Assembly: GCA_039714075.1 (NCBI GenBank)
Contig: JBDLKA010000006.1
Coordinates: forward strand, 1 to 64,000
Direction of reading: 5' to 3'
Source of the DNA: Candidatus Krumholzibacteriota bacterium
GTDB lineage: Bacteria > Krumholzibacteriota > Krumholzibacteriia > LZORAL124-64-63
DNA length: 64,000 nt
Shown: positions 29,786 to 41,002 of the stretch, piece after piece
Layout: every line of letters starts with the position of its first letter
Numbering within the stretch: the stretch's first letter is position 1
Made by a program: the position numbers and the translations under genes
The notes under the pieces: generated by a model
Seen by the model: the letters and a program-made list of their open reading frames with translations, nothing else
Told to the model about the DNA's origin: nothing
Database searches by the model: none

Positions 29786-30439
29786 TCATATCTCGGAGCC
29801 GGCGGATACGGTCCGCAGGCGGTCGATGGTTGCTCGTTCCTGCAGGCCCCGGCGGATCCAGGCCATGTCGCGGGCGCAGTTGTCCTTGGACAGCCCCACG
29901 ATCTGGGCCAGCACCAGTTCCAGTTCCTCCAGCAGGTTCTTCATTTCCAGGTCGTCGGCCGCGGGGGTGTCCATCAGCAGGCGGGTCTGCACCAGCATGC
30001 CGCCGGCCCAGTCGGGCACCTCGGACAGGTCGTCGCGGCCGCAGGAGCGCACCTTGAAGTCCGTGAGCAGGAAGTCGGCCCGGCCGAACAGGTCGCGCGC
30101 GGCCATGGCGTAGACGTCTCGGCGCAGGCCGGGATCGGGAGCCGTATCTTCCGGGATGGCCGCCACCGGGACGGGATCGGTGGTGGGCACCGATGACGGC
30201 TGTCGGGTCAGACGGCCGATGAAAATCCCCACCACCAGCACCGCCGCCACCGCCGCGGCCAGGCGCATGATCCGGAAGGCGGGTCCGCGCTGCGGGGTGA
30301 AATCGGGCCGCGCCACGTTCCGTCGTCCGGCCCGCGCGGCGTCGATCTTTGCCCACATCCGGTCCCGGGGAACCTCGGGCGGCGGATTGTGTGTGCGCGC
30401 CATCTCTTGGCGGTCCTGTTCGTTGTTCGGGTCCATCAT
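29786..30439 (-). CDS. single-pass membrane protein, probable anti-sigma factor
   Basis: Overlaps the ECF stop; PRDRMWAKI, TM AAAVAAVLVVGIFIG; helical C-terminal domain. Confidence 0.7.
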   Translation of the reverse strand: MMDPNNEQDRQEMARTHNPPPEVPRDRMWAKIDAARAGRRNVARPDFTPQRGPAFRIMRLAAAVAAVLVVGIFIGRLTRQPSSVPTTDPVPVAAIPEDTAPDPGLRRDVYAMAARDLFGRADFLLTDFKVRSCGRDDLSEVPDWAGGMLVQTRLLMDTPAADDLEMKNLLEELELVLAQIVGLSKDNCARDMAWIRRGLQERATIDRLRTVSAGSEI

Positions 30440-31032
30440 TCCATCTCCATGCTCAGTCCGGGTCCGCTCAAGGCGTCCCGCAGTTTATGTCGGGCCCGCG
30501 AGAGCCGGGCCTTGATCGTGCCCACCGGAGCGTCCACGGCCGTGGCGATTTCCTGGTGGGTGAAGCCTTCCATGTCGTGCATCACGAACACGAGGCGGTG
30601 GTTTTCGTCCAGGCCGCCGACGGCACGGTCGAGACAGCGCTTCAGTTCGGGGTCGGCCCCGGGCCCGGGCCCGGCCACCCATTCCAGATCGTCCCGGATC
30701 GATTCCACATCCTGCATCCGTTTTCGCTTGCGCAACCCGGTCAGGATCACCGAAGTCGCCACCCGGTGAAGCCAGCCCGCGAACGGTGCGTCGCCCCGGA
30801 AGTCGGCCAGCCGGTCGAAGGCCCGGATGAAGGTGTCCTGGGTCAGATCTTCGGCCTGGGTGGCGTCTCCGATCATCCGGTAGGCCAGGCGGAACACACG
30901 CTCGACGTGCGCCTCGTACAGCTGCCTTTCGGCGGCGGCGTCCCCGGCCAGGATCCGGCTGATCAGTCGGCGTTCTTCCAACATTCTCTCCACGTGAATC
31001 GTCTGCATGTGTGTCGACATCCATAATGACAC
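30436..31032 (-). CDS. ECF RNA polymerase sigma factor
   Basis: AEDLTQDTFIRAF, FAGWLHRVA, EGFTHQEIA, GTIKARLSRAR; exact start uncertain. Confidence 0.93.
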   Translation of the reverse strand: MSLWMSTHMQTIHVERMLEERRLISRILAGDAAAERQLYEAHVERVFRLAYRMIGDATQAEDLTQDTFIRAFDRLADFRGDAPFAGWLHRVATSVILTGLRKRKRMQDVESIRDDLEWVAGPGPGADPELKRCLDRAVGGLDENHRLVFVMHDMEGFTHQEIATAVDAPVGTIKARLSRARHKLRDALSGPGLSMEME

Positions 31033-31144
31033 CGAAACGGGACGAAGGGTTGCACCACTCCCGAAAATTCCTGCCTTTTTGGAAAACCCAACAATTTACT
31101 GGACATTTCCGGCATTTATAACGATTCTTTGTGGAGACAAAAAC

Positions 31145-31163
31145 TTTTCATATATACCGAAAA
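31145..31163. promoter_or_regulatory. possible DtxR/MntR-family operator
   Basis: TTTTC-N9-GAAAA 19-bp imperfect palindrome directly upstream of the regulator and feo genes. Confidence 0.35.
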
Positions 31164-31207
31164 CAGCCCGAATCACTCCTGATTCAGGGTTGGAAGGGGT
31201 CTCGCGG

Positions 31208-31786
31208 ATGTTGGCCGGAGAATCACAGGTCAGTTCCAGTCTCGAAGACTATCTCGAGGCCATCTACCACACCGTCGAGGCCAAAGGCGCCGCCCGGGCC
31301 AAGGATCTGGTTATGCGCCTTGGGGTTCACAACTCCTCGGTGACCCAGGCCCTGCGCTCTTTGGCCGAGAAGAAACTGGTCAACTACGCCCCCTACGACG
31401 TGATCACGCTGACCGATTCGGGCGAGCGCATCGCCCTGGACGTGGTCAAGCGCCACCAGACCCTTTCCGAATTCCTCCACAAGGTGCTCGGGCTGTCCGA
31501 AACCGAGGCCGACGAAGGCGCCTGCCGGATGGAGCACGCCATCAGCGTCCAGATTCTCGACCGCCTCGTGAAATTCGTGAAATATTTCGAGAGCTGCCCC
31601 GTGAACGACGTGATGTGGGATGAAGAAGAGGGTTATTTCTGCGGCAAGAGCGATACGGACAAGGACGGCCACTCCTGCGGCCGTGATGTCTGCGGCCACG
31701 ACCTCGACGTTTCGGCTCTGGACGTTTCGGCGCCTGCCGAACCGTCCCCGAGGACCAACGAGAAGGACAACCAGGAAGAGGAATGA
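31208..31786 (+). CDS. DtxR/MntR-family metal-dependent repressor
   Basis: SLEDYLEAIY, SVTQALRSL, ACRMEH; Cys/His-rich tail. Confidence 0.92.
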   Translation: MLAGESQVSSSLEDYLEAIYHTVEAKGAARAKDLVMRLGVHNSSVTQALRSLAEKKLVNYAPYDVITLTDSGERIALDVVKRHQTLSEFLHKVLGLSETEADEGACRMEHAISVQILDRLVKFVKYFESCPVNDVMWDEEEGYFCGKSDTDKDGHSCGRDVCGHDLDVSALDVSAPAEPSPRTNEKDNQEEE

Positions 31787-32004
31787 TCATGCCCTTGACA
31801 ATGATCCGTGAGGGGAAAAAAGCCATTCTTCGCTCCATCGAAGGCGGCCGGCAGCTGCGTTCCCGACTGGCCGCCCTGGGGCTTTTGCCCGGCGCCGAAC
31901 TGGAAGTGATCCAGAACTCCGGCCAAGGTCCCTTCGTCATCGCGGTCAAGGGGAGCCGTATCGTCATCGGCCGGGGCATGGCCGCCCGCATAGCGGTGGA
32001 ATAG
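31783..32004 (+). CDS. feoA: ferrous iron transport protein A
   Basis: [21 protein letters not shown]. Confidence 0.93.
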   Translation: MIMPLTMIREGKKAILRSIEGGRQLRSRLAALGLLPGAELEVIQNSGQGPFVIAVKGSRIVIGRGMAARIAVE

Positions 32005-34193
32005 TGACTCGGACCCTCGACAGGACCATCACCGTCGCGGTGGCCGGCAATCCCAACTCCGGCAAGACGACCATCTTCAACAACCTGACCGGCGCCCGGC
32101 AGCACGTGGGGAATTATCCCGGCGTGACCGTGGAGTGGAAAAAGGGTTCCTGCAAACGCGGCGATGTAAAGCTCGACCTGGTCGACCTGCCCGGCACCTA
32201 CAGTCTGACCGCCTTTTCCGAGGAAGAACTCGTTGCCCGCGATTACCTGCTGAACTCCGCGCCCGACGTGGTGGTCAACGTGGTGGACGCGGCCAATCTC
32301 GAACGCAACCTCTTTTTGACCACCGAACTCCTGGAAATCGGACGGCCCCTGGTCCTGGTCCTGAACATGGCCGATGTGGCCCGTGATCGCGGCCTGCAGA
32401 TCGACGCCGCGCGTCTGGCCGAAAACCTGGGCGTGCCCGTGGTGCCGGCCATCGGCAACCGGGGCGTGGGCATGGATGATCTGGTCGATGCCGTCATGCA
32501 GGTGGCCGTCAGCCAGGCCTCGTTGCCGGGTCCGGCGGGCATGTGCCGCGAGTCGGGTCCGGGTCCGGCTTCCCTGGCCGCCGTGGAAACCCGGGGCGGG
32601 CCCTCGCAGGTGGACTATGGCCAGCAGGTGGAAAAGATCATCAGCGAAATCGAAGACCTGCTGCCCGGGGATGAATACCGTCGCTGGCAAGCCGTCAAAC
32701 TGGTGGGGGGCGACGAAAAGGTGGTCGAGGGTCTGGCGGTGCCCGGCGCGCGCGAGGCGGTCGACGGAATCGTGGCCGCGTTCACTGCCGATTCCACCGA
32801 TGATCCCGACATCCTGCTGGCTCGCCTGCGCTACGAGTTTATCGCCGACATGTGTGACGGCGTCGTCAGGGCGCCGACCGAATCCCGGGTCACGGTCAGC
32901 GACCGCATCGATCGCGTGGTCATGCATCCGGTTTGGGGCGTGCCGATCTTCCTGTCCCTCATGTACCTGGTCTTCACCCTGACCTTCTCCCTGGGCAACC
33001 CCCTGATGAACCTGATCGACGGTGGTTTCAACCGACTGTCCGGCCTGTTGACGGGTCTGTGGGTCGCCGAAAGCGCCAGCCCCCTCAAGTCGCTCATCGT
33101 CGACGGCATTATCGGCGGCGTGGGCGGCGTGATCGTGTTTTTGCCCAACATCGTGCTGCTGTTCATGGCCATCGCGATCCTCGAGGGCACCGGTTACATG
33201 GCCCGCGCGGCGTTCGTCATGGACCGTTTCATGAGCAAGGTCGGCCTGCACGGCAAGAGTTTCATTCCCCTGTTGATCGGCTTCGGCTGCACCGTGCCGG
33301 CGATCATGGCCACACGCACCCTCGAGTCGCGGCGCGACCGCCTGATCACCATGATGGTCCTGCCCCTGATGAGCTGCGGCGCGCGTCTGCCCATTTACGC
33401 CCTGATGATCCCCGCCTTCTTCCCGGCCAGGTTGCAGGGCCCGGCCCTGTGGCTCATCTACGTGACGGGCATTCTGCTGGCCCTGGGCGGCGCGCACTTT
33501 TTGCGGGCCACCCTGTTCCGCGGGGAAACCACGCCCTTTTTGATGGAGCTGCCGCCCTACCGCATGCCGACGGTGACCAGCCTGCTGGTGCAGATGTGGA
33601 CCCGCGCCTGGCTCTACGTGAAAAAAGCCGGCACGGTGATCCTGGGCGCGGCCATCATCCTGTGGTTTTTGACTTTCTATCCCAAGCCGCCGGCCGATTA
33701 CCTGCTGCCCGCGGGGTTCGACCAGACGACCGCCGAAGCGGCCACGGTTTTCAGTGCCATCGACGATCCGAACCTGGCCCAGGCCGCCGAACTGTCCTAT
33801 TCCATCGCCGGCCGGGTGGGGCGTCTGCTCGAACCCGCGATTCGGCCCCTGGGTTTCGACTGGCGCATCGGCACCGCCCTGGTGGGCGCGGTCGCGGCCA
33901 AGGAAGTGTTCGTGGCCCAAATGGGTATCGTGTTCGCCGTCGGCGAGGCCGACGAGACCAGCGACCAGCTGCGCGCCCAGTTGCGCAGCCGCTACTCGCC
34001 GTTGATCGGTTTCTGCATCATGCTTTTCGCGCTGATTTCGACGCCGTGTATCGCGACCTTCGCCATCACCAGGCAGGAGGCGGGGTCGATCAAGTGGGCC
34101 TTCGCCCAGACGTTCGGCCTGACGGCCCTGGCCTGGGTCGTGACCTTCGCGGTGTACCAGGGAGGGCTGCTGCTGGGGTTGGGGGGTATGTGA
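32004..34193 (+). CDS. feoB: ferrous iron transport protein B
   Basis: [41 protein letters not shown]. Confidence 0.97.
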   Translation: MTRTLDRTITVAVAGNPNSGKTTIFNNLTGARQHVGNYPGVTVEWKKGSCKRGDVKLDLVDLPGTYSLTAFSEEELVARDYLLNSAPDVVVNVVDAANLERNLFLTTELLEIGRPLVLVLNMADVARDRGLQIDAARLAENLGVPVVPAIGNRGVGMDDLVDAVMQVAVSQASLPGPAGMCRESGPGPASLAAVETRGGPSQVDYGQQVEKIISEIEDLLPGDEYRRWQAVKLVGGDEKVVEGLAVPGAREAVDGIVAAFTADSTDDPDILLARLRYEFIADMCDGVVRAPTESRVTVSDRIDRVVMHPVWGVPIFLSLMYLVFTLTFSLGNPLMNLIDGGFNRLSGLLTGLWVAESASPLKSLIVDGIIGGVGGVIVFLPNIVLLFMAIAILEGTGYMARAAFVMDRFMSKVGLHGKSFIPLLIGFGCTVPAIMATRTLESRRDRLITMMVLPLMSCGARLPIYALMIPAFFPARLQGPALWLIYVTGILLALGGAHFLRATLFRGETTPFLMELPPYRMPTVTSLLVQMWTRAWLYVKKAGTVILGAAIILWFLTFYPKPPADYLLPAGFDQTTAEAATVFSAIDDPNLAQAAELSYSIAGRVGRLLEPAIRPLGFDWRIGTALVGAVAAKEVFVAQMGIVFAVGEADETSDQLRAQLRSRYSPLIGFCIMLFALISTPCIATFAITRQEAGSIKWAFAQTFGLTALAWVVTFAVYQGGLLLGLGGM

Positions 34194-34483
34194 TGGGTTC
34201 CATCCTGGAAATGGTGGTCGTGATCGTGGCGGTGGCCGTAGCCCTGGCCTGGGCGGGCCGCGCCGCCTGGCGTTCGGTAAGGAAACAGGGCGTCTGTTCG
34301 TCGTGCGGATCGTCCGGCGAATGTCCCATCGCGCAGGATCCCGAGGTCCTGGCCGAAATCACCCAGAAAGGGCAGTTGCCCCACCTGGATTCCTGCCAAC
34401 CCGGCACGCTGACCTGCCAGGAACTGGCTGAGGCCCTGGAAAAGGAATCCGGGGACAAGACCCCCCGGACACCCGCTTCCTGA
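34193..34483 (+). CDS. FeoB-associated Cys-rich membrane protein
   Basis: N-terminal TM, CSSCGSSGECP; translationally coupled to feoB. Confidence 0.75.
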   Translation: MGSILEMVVVIVAVAVALAWAGRAAWRSVRKQGVCSSCGSSGECPIAQDPEVLAEITQKGQLPHLDSCQPGTLTCQELAEALEKESGDKTPRTPAS

Positions 34484-34589
34484 CACCGTATCCCGCCACA
34501 AGCATTTTCCTCCCGTTTCCTTACCTTGTGGGTTAGATCGGCCGCCAGACGCGACTTGGCCGCCTGCCCCAACTGACGGGAGGTTACCT

Positions 34590-36074
34590 GTGGCCGCGCC
34601 CGAGCGGACTCTCAAGGGTGCCGACCTCCACGATACCCTGTACCGTGGACTTCTTCGTCACGCCCTGGTGCGCTTGACCTTTCTCTACTTCATTCCCCTG
34701 CTGCTGCTGACCCTGTTCTTCCACCTGCAATACCGCCTGGTCGTTCGCGACGCCGAGCAGCGCCACCGCGAATCGCTGGCCTATCACCAGGCGGCCATGC
34801 TGGAAATGTACCTGGGCGACCGGCTGCTGAACCTGACCGACCTGACGGATCGTCCCAGCTCGCTGCTTGAGCCGCGGCGCGAGGATCTCGAAGCCCATCT
34901 GGCGAACCTGCGCACCGCCAGCGAGGCCTTCATCGATCTGTCGGTGCTGGACGGTGAAGGACGTGTCCTGGGCTACGCGGGCCCGCTGCCTTTCCTGGAG
35001 GAAAAAAACTACCGCGGGGAAGACTGGTACCAGCGCCTGTTGTCCGGTCCGTCCACCCACGTCATCACCGATGTCTACCTGGGGTTCCGCAGGAAACCCC
35101 ACTTCACGATGGCCCTCAAACTCGAACCGCAGGGGAATACGCGAATCCTGCGGGCGGTGCTTTCCCCGGAAATTGCCCGGGCCCAGGTGGACGCCCCGGT
35201 CGACGATCTCTCCCAGACGGCCGACGGCCTGATGGCGAACATCGCCACCAACATCTGGTGGTTCTCGGCCCTGTTCTGCCTGATCGGCGGTCTGGTGATC
35301 TGGCTGCAGGCCCGCTGGGTGGCGCGCGAACAGTACGAGGCCCAGCTCAAGCAGCAGCAGCTATCGCGTCAGCTGGGGCAGGCGGCCAAGCTGGCGCTGG
35401 TGGGCGAGCTGGCGGCGGGAATCGCCCACGAGATCAACAACCCGCTGGCCGTGGTGGCGGAAAAGGCGGGGCTGGTGAAGGATCTTCTCGACCCCCGTTT
35501 TGCCAAAAGCACTCCGCCCGGTGAATTGAGGGAACATCTCCACACCATCGAGGACGCGGTCTACCGCTGCACCGACATCACCCGGCAGCTGCTGGGTTTC
35601 GTGCGCCAACGCGACGTGGAGCTGAAGGAAACCGACCTCCATCAACTGGTGGACGACCTGGTCGACGGCCTGCTGGGGCCGGAACTGGAAGTGGCCGACA
35701 TCGAGGTGGCCAAACATTACGATACCGGCATGCCTCCCATCGTCACGGACCCGGGGCAGTTGCGGCAGGTGGTGCTGAACCTGTTGAAGAACGCCTTCGA
35801 TTCCATTACCGGGCCCGGCGCCATCACCATCTCATCCAGGAAGAAGGGCGACCGGTTCACCCTGACCGTCGCGGACACCGGCCACGGCATGACGCCCGAA
35901 GAGCTGGAGCTGGTCTTCATCCCGTTCTTCACCACCAAGGCGCCCGGCAAGGGCACGGGGCTGGGGCTGAGCGTCAGCTACGGAATCATCGAGGGGTTGG
36001 GAGGGCACATGACCGTGGTCAGCGCTCCGGACGAGGGCAGCGAGTTCACCATCGAGCTTCCGCTCAGGAGTTAG
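34590..36074 (+). CDS. sensor histidine kinase with Cache-like domain (NtrB-type)
   Basis: Two TMs, EDWY..HVITDVYLGFR, AHEINNPL, DTGHG, FFTTK, GTGLGL. Confidence 0.93.
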   Translation: MAAPERTLKGADLHDTLYRGLLRHALVRLTFLYFIPLLLLTLFFHLQYRLVVRDAEQRHRESLAYHQAAMLEMYLGDRLLNLTDLTDRPSSLLEPRREDLEAHLANLRTASEAFIDLSVLDGEGRVLGYAGPLPFLEEKNYRGEDWYQRLLSGPSTHVITDVYLGFRRKPHFTMALKLEPQGNTRILRAVLSPEIARAQVDAPVDDLSQTADGLMANIATNIWWFSALFCLIGGLVIWLQARWVAREQYEAQLKQQQLSRQLGQAAKLALVGELAAGIAHEINNPLAVVAEKAGLVKDLLDPRFAKSTPPGELREHLHTIEDAVYRCTDITRQLLGFVRQRDVELKETDLHQLVDDLVDGLLGPELEVADIEVAKHYDTGMPPIVTDPGQLRQVVLNLLKNAFDSITGPGAITISSRKKGDRFTLTVADTGHGMTPEELELVFIPFFTTKAPGKGTGLGLSVSYGIIEGLGGHMTVVSAPDEGSEFTIELPLRS

Positions 36075-36083
36075 GGGGATGAT

Positions 36084-38141
36084 TTGAGTCCGTACCGGCA
36101 ACCGCTGAAGGTCCTGTTGGCCGACGACGAGGCCGAATTCCGCGAACCGTTGGCCGAGCGCCTGGAGTTGCGCGGGTTCGTGGTGCTGCAGGCCGCCACC
36201 GGCGAGGAGGCGGTGCGGATCGTGCGTGCGGACCGCGAAGTGGACGTGGTCCTCCTGGACCGCAGGATGCCCGGCATGGAAGGCAAGCAGGCGCTGCGCG
36301 AGATGAAGATGTTCCGGCCCGAGATCCAGGTCATCATGTTGACGGGCCACGGGTCGGTGGCCTCGGCCCGGGAGGCGGGCCAGCTGGGGGTTTACCGCTA
36401 CCTGGCCAAGCCGGTGCCGATGAATGAACTGGTGACGATCATCCGGGACGCGGGCCGGGAAAAAGGCCACGCCATGGCGCGCCAGCACATGCCCGCGGTC
36501 AAGCACCGCCACTGGAAGAAATGGCTGATCGGCACCCAGAACCTGCGCCCGCTGGTGATCGTCCTGGGGGTCCTGATCCTGTTGACCGCGGCGCTGATGC
36601 CGGTGCCCGGAAACCTGGCCCGGATCCTGGGCGAACCCAAGACCGGAAACCCGAAAGCCGACGCCATCGCCGGCTACCCCGCCTACCGGGAACTGGACAA
36701 CCGCGAGACGATTGCCGACCACCTGGTGCAGCGATACCGCCCGCCGGGCATGGAAGACCCCGCCGCATACCCCGCCGAGGCCGCGCGCAGGGCCCAGTTG
36801 ATGATCGGCCTGATCCTGACCGCGGTCCTGTTCTGGGCCAGCGGGGCCGTTCCTTTGGGCATCACGTCGCTGATCGTGGCGGTGGTGATGTATGCCGGAG
36901 GGGTGATGCGCCCCGACCACATCGCCCAGGCTTTCGCCAAGGATTCGGTGGTGTTCATCTTCGGGGTGCTGATGTTCTCGCGGGTGATCACGAGCACGGG
37001 ACTGGACCGGCGCATCGCCATGCTCCTGCTGATGCCCGTCCGCAACCTGGGCATGTTGTTGTTCGTGTTCCTGCCCGTCCTGGCGCTCACGTGTTCGTTC
37101 ATCAGCGAGACCATCCTGATCGCCCTGATGATGCCGCTTTTCCTGGTCATTCACCGGCGGCTGGCCGCCGACCACCCGACCGTCGACCACCGTCCCCTGC
37201 TGGTCATGTTCGCCCTGATGCTCTGCTACAGCGCCAACGTGGGCGGACCCGGCTCGCCGGCGGCCGGCGGTCGCAACGCCGTGATGGTCGGCATCCTGGC
37301 GGACTATGGTCTGGCCCCCACCTTCCTGGACTGGGTGAAATACGGACTGCCCTTCGTGCCGGTGGCGGGCCTGGCGGTCGGTCTTTACTTCTTCGTGGCC
37401 TTCCGCGGCCGGATCAAGGTCCCCCACCTGAACGCCGCGCGCATCGCCCGCGAATCCAGCCGGCGCCTGGGGCCCATGAACCGCGACGAGTACCTGACCG
37501 CGGGGGTCGGCCTGCTGGTGGTCGCGCTGTGGATATTCGGTGGAGAGCGCCTGGGAATGGGTGGTCCGGTCCTGCTGGGGCTCATCTTGCTGAATATTCT
37601 CGGGGTGATGAAATGGAGCGAGGTCCGGAAGATCCACTGGGACCTGGTCTTCATGTACGCCGGGGCCAGCGCCCTGGGCAAGGGGCTGGCCGTGACGGGG
37701 GCGGCGCTTTTCCTGGCGCGCGGGTTCGTCGAGGGGTTGCCGGCCGGTCTGGTCGAAGGAACGTTCCTGGGCGGCGCTCTGGGCCCGGCCGGCCTGCCGA
37801 TGGCGGTGAGTTTCCTGACGGGCCTGGTGACCAACCTCATGAGCGACGGCGCCACCGTGGCGGCGATCGGACCCATTTCCGTGCCCATGGCCAAGGCGGC
37901 CGGACTGCACCCGTGGACGCTGGGGTTCGCCACAGCGTTCGCGTCGTCGTTCGCGCACCTGCTGATCATCGGCACACCGGCCAACGCCCTGGTCTACATC
38001 ATGTGCCGGGATCCGCGGACCGGCCGGCAGTTGGTGACCCAGGGCGATTTCCTGAAGCACGGCCTGGCCGTTTTCATCCTGAGCTTCGCGGTCCTGTGGG
38101 GTTGGGCCTTCCTGGGTTACTGGCGGTGGCTGGGACCGTGA
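36084..38141 (+). CDS. receiver domain fused to SLC13/DASS anion permease
   Basis: LADDE..LLDRRMPG..LTGHG..YLAKP, then multi-TM domain with ANVGGPGSPAAGGRN, MSDGA, GTPANA. Confidence 0.9.
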   Translation: MSPYRQPLKVLLADDEAEFREPLAERLELRGFVVLQAATGEEAVRIVRADREVDVVLLDRRMPGMEGKQALREMKMFRPEIQVIMLTGHGSVASAREAGQLGVYRYLAKPVPMNELVTIIRDAGREKGHAMARQHMPAVKHRHWKKWLIGTQNLRPLVIVLGVLILLTAALMPVPGNLARILGEPKTGNPKADAIAGYPAYRELDNRETIADHLVQRYRPPGMEDPAAYPAEAARRAQLMIGLILTAVLFWASGAVPLGITSLIVAVVMYAGGVMRPDHIAQAFAKDSVVFIFGVLMFSRVITSTGLDRRIAMLLLMPVRNLGMLLFVFLPVLALTCSFISETILIALMMPLFLVIHRRLAADHPTVDHRPLLVMFALMLCYSANVGGPGSPAAGGRNAVMVGILADYGLAPTFLDWVKYGLPFVPVAGLAVGLYFFVAFRGRIKVPHLNAARIARESSRRLGPMNRDEYLTAGVGLLVVALWIFGGERLGMGGPVLLGLILLNILGVMKWSEVRKIHWDLVFMYAGASALGKGLAVTGAALFLARGFVEGLPAGLVEGTFLGGALGPAGLPMAVSFLTGLVTNLMSDGATVAAIGPISVPMAKAAGLHPWTLGFATAFASSFAHLLIIGTPANALVYIMCRDPRTGRQLVTQGDFLKHGLAVFILSFAVLWGWAFLGYWRWLGP

Positions 38142-38190
38142 TTTGTTAACATGTGGATGTCCCCCGGGGGCATTTCCGGAGGTGGAACCG

Positions 38191-38691
38191 ATGACCGAAG
38201 CGACCGAACGGAAGATCCATCTGCTGATCGTCGACGACGAGGTCGATTTCCTCGAGGCGCTGGGCGAACGTCTGGAGCTGCGGGATTTCCACGTGCGGAC
38301 GGTCACCAACGGCAACGACGCCCTGGAACTGTGCCGCACCGATAAGTTCGATCTCGCCCTCATCGACCTGAAGATGCCCGGCATGGACGGCAAGGATCTT
38401 CTGACCCGGATCAAGGACGAGCACCGTTACCTCGAAGTCATCATCCTGACCGGCCACGGCTCCCTGGGCAGCGCGGTGGAATGTGCCAAGCTGGGGGCCT
38501 TCAGCTATCTGCCCAAACCCTACCAGCTGGATGAATTGTTGAAGATCCTGCAGGATGCCTACGCCGAACGTCTGAAAAAGAAATTCGCGGCCGATGTCGC
38601 CCGCACCGAGGATTTGCTGAAGATCGCCCAGCAGGAAAGTCCGCGGGGAATCCTGCGTCGCATGAAGGAACTGGACGACGACGAGCGCTGA
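38191..38691 (+). CDS. response regulator (receiver with short C-terminal helix)
   Basis: IVDDE, IDLKMPGMDG, LTGHG, YLPKP. Confidence 0.92.
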   Translation: MTEATERKIHLLIVDDEVDFLEALGERLELRDFHVRTVTNGNDALELCRTDKFDLALIDLKMPGMDGKDLLTRIKDEHRYLEVIILTGHGSLGSAVECAKLGAFSYLPKPYQLDELLKILQDAYAERLKKKFAADVARTEDLLKIAQQESPRGILRRMKELDDDER

Positions 38692-38847
38692 GTTTGCCAA
38701 TCCCATATTACTCCTACAGTTCACCCCCTGCCCTGCCGATGAAATTCTGAATTCCACAGGTGGGTAATCCGGTGGATTCCGGGTGTTCGGGGCCTGGCGA
38801 CGACAGGCGCCCCGACCGGACTCCAAAAACCAGGGAACGGCGGAAAA

Positions 38848-40968
38848 ATGGCGGAAAACGGCAGCAATCAGGACCGGTCTCCTCAGAAGTTGATCGAGAC
38901 CTTGCGCGGGGCCCAGGCCGAACTGGCGGCAGGGTACGAAGACATGGTCAAGGTCAACGAAGAGGTGCAGAGGGAAAAGGATCTTTTCGAGGAGATCTAT
39001 TCCGGATCCAAGGAAGCCATATTCCTGGTCGACAGGGAAACCGGCGCCATCACCGGAGCCAATCCCACGGCCTGCGGGATGGTCGGTTATGACCTGGATG
39101 AGCTGACCTCCATGCAGCAGCACGACCTGTTTCCCGAGGATACCCGGGAAGAAATGAAGCAGGAAATGCGCCGGGTCGTCGAGGACGGCGGGGTCAGCAG
39201 TTTGCAGGCCACGATGTGGAACAAGAACGGTGATTCGATCCCGGCCAGCATCACCGCCCATGCCCTGACCACCGGCGACCGTCCGCTCATGGTGGCTTTC
39301 GTTCGCGACGTGAGCAAGCGCCTGGCCGACGAGGTCGAGCTGCTGGAAATGAACAAGACCCTGGAAAAAAGGGTCACCGAGCGCACCGAGGAAATCGAAC
39401 GCTCCAACGAGGAGCTGGAAAAAGCCACCATCAAGGCCCGGCGCCTCGCCCTGGAGGCGGGAGAAGCCAACGCCGCCAAGAGTTCCTTCATCGCCAATCT
39501 GACCCACGAACTCCGCACGCCGCTCAACGCGGTCATCGGCATGTCCGATCTGTTGCTGGACATGGAGCTGGGCGACGAGCAGAGGGACACGGCGGAAATC
39601 GTGGCCACCAGCGCCCGCAGCCTGCTGGGGGTCATCAACGACATCCTGGATTTTTCGAAGATCGAAGCCGGCAAGCTGGATCTCGAACACGAAATCTTCC
39701 ACCTGGCCGACACGGTCCAGGGGGTGGCCGACACCTTCATGTTCCAGGTGCGCCAGAAGGGACTGGAGTTCGATCTCGAGGTGGAAGAACGGCTGCCCGA
39801 ATACGTGGTCGGCGACCAGGCCCGCCTGCACCAGGTCCTGGTCAACCTGGTGGGCAACGCCCTGAAGTTCACCGACAAGGGTGAAGTGAGACTGAAGGTG
39901 TCCTGCGACACCGACGGCGATGACCGTTTCGAGCCCGAACGGGTCCGCTTCGAAGTCATCGACACCGGCATCGGTATCCCGCCCCACATCCAGGAAAGCC
40001 TGTTCCAGGCCTTCACCCAGGCGGACACCTCGACGACCCGCAAGTACGGCGGCACCGGTCTGGGTCTGAATATTTCCCGCCAGCTCGTGGAAAAGATGGG
40101 CGGCAACATGGGCGTCGAAAGCGTGGAGACCGAGGGTTCCAACTTCTGGTTCACGGTCATGTTCGGCAAGGCCAGCAAGAAACTTGTGGCCGCAGCCCGG
40201 GCCTCCGACAAATCCCGGCTGGGGCCGTCCGCGAAAAGACGGTCGAAGGATCTGCGCATCCTGCTGGTCGAGGACAACATGGTGAACCAGGCGGTGGCCA
40301 TGGGCATGCTGAACAAGATGGGATACGCCGCCCAGGGAGCGACCGACGGCCAGGACGCCCTGCGGCAGTTGTCGGAAACGGATTTCGACCTGATATTCAT
40401 GGATGTCCAGATGCCGATCATGGGGGGCCTGGAGGCCACGGCGAAAATCCGCGAGGGCAAGGCCGGCGGCGACAAGCGGAATGTGCCCATCATCGCCATG
40501 ACGGCCCACGCGACCAAGAAGGATCGCCAGGCCTGCCTGGACTCGGGGATGGACGACTACATTCCCAAGCCCATCAGCAGCCAGCTCATTCGCGAAGCGA
40601 TGAACCGGACCCTGTCGCCCGCTCTCCTGGAACGTCCGGTCGAGGTCCGTGAACCCTTCAGCATGGAAAAACTGGTCCTCAGTCTGGACGGGGACATCGA
40701 GATGGCCGGGGAAATCCTGGACGTCTTCGTGTCGGACTCGCGCCTGCGCCTGAAGACCATCACCGGCGCCCTGCACAATTACGATTTCGAGTTCGTGGTG
40801 CAGGAGGCCGGGGCCATCGAGTGCGGCGCCCAGAATGTCTTTGCGGAAAACATGGTGACCCTGTCGCGGGAACTGGCCCAGGCCGCCGAGGAACGGCAGC
40901 AGGAGTTCGGCCTTTCCTTCGTCGAGGAAATGGACCTGGCCCTGGAACAGATCGGGCAGAAGGTCTGA
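38848..40968 (+). CDS. cytoplasmic hybrid histidine kinase (PAS-HisKA-HATPase-REC-degenerate Hpt)
   Basis: [28 protein letters not shown], Hpt-like tail. Confidence 0.95.
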   Translation: MAENGSNQDRSPQKLIETLRGAQAELAAGYEDMVKVNEEVQREKDLFEEIYSGSKEAIFLVDRETGAITGANPTACGMVGYDLDELTSMQQHDLFPEDTREEMKQEMRRVVEDGGVSSLQATMWNKNGDSIPASITAHALTTGDRPLMVAFVRDVSKRLADEVELLEMNKTLEKRVTERTEEIERSNEELEKATIKARRLALEAGEANAAKSSFIANLTHELRTPLNAVIGMSDLLLDMELGDEQRDTAEIVATSARSLLGVINDILDFSKIEAGKLDLEHEIFHLADTVQGVADTFMFQVRQKGLEFDLEVEERLPEYVVGDQARLHQVLVNLVGNALKFTDKGEVRLKVSCDTDGDDRFEPERVRFEVIDTGIGIPPHIQESLFQAFTQADTSTTRKYGGTGLGLNISRQLVEKMGGNMGVESVETEGSNFWFTVMFGKASKKLVAAARASDKSRLGPSAKRRSKDLRILLVEDNMVNQAVAMGMLNKMGYAAQGATDGQDALRQLSETDFDLIFMDVQMPIMGGLEATAKIREGKAGGDKRNVPIIAMTAHATKKDRQACLDSGMDDYIPKPISSQLIREAMNRTLSPALLERPVEVREPFSMEKLVLSLDGDIEMAGEILDVFVSDSRLRLKTITGALHNYDFEFVVQEAGAIECGAQNVFAENMVTLSRELAQAAEERQQEFGLSFVEEMDLALEQIGQKV

Positions 40969-41002
40969 TCAACGATCACCCGTTGGTCCAACCAACCATA
41001 CG

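Noticed and set aside
31706..31731. GACGTTTCGGC tandem repeat (DVSA x2)
   Set aside because: In-frame micro-duplication in a low-complexity tail
35832..40776. Very long minus-strand ORFs (860 and 876 aa); similar ones at 31542-33920, 44552-46873, 46725-49394 and 54751-56550
   Set aside because: They are antisense shadows of well-supported GC-rich genes and show no recognisable motifs
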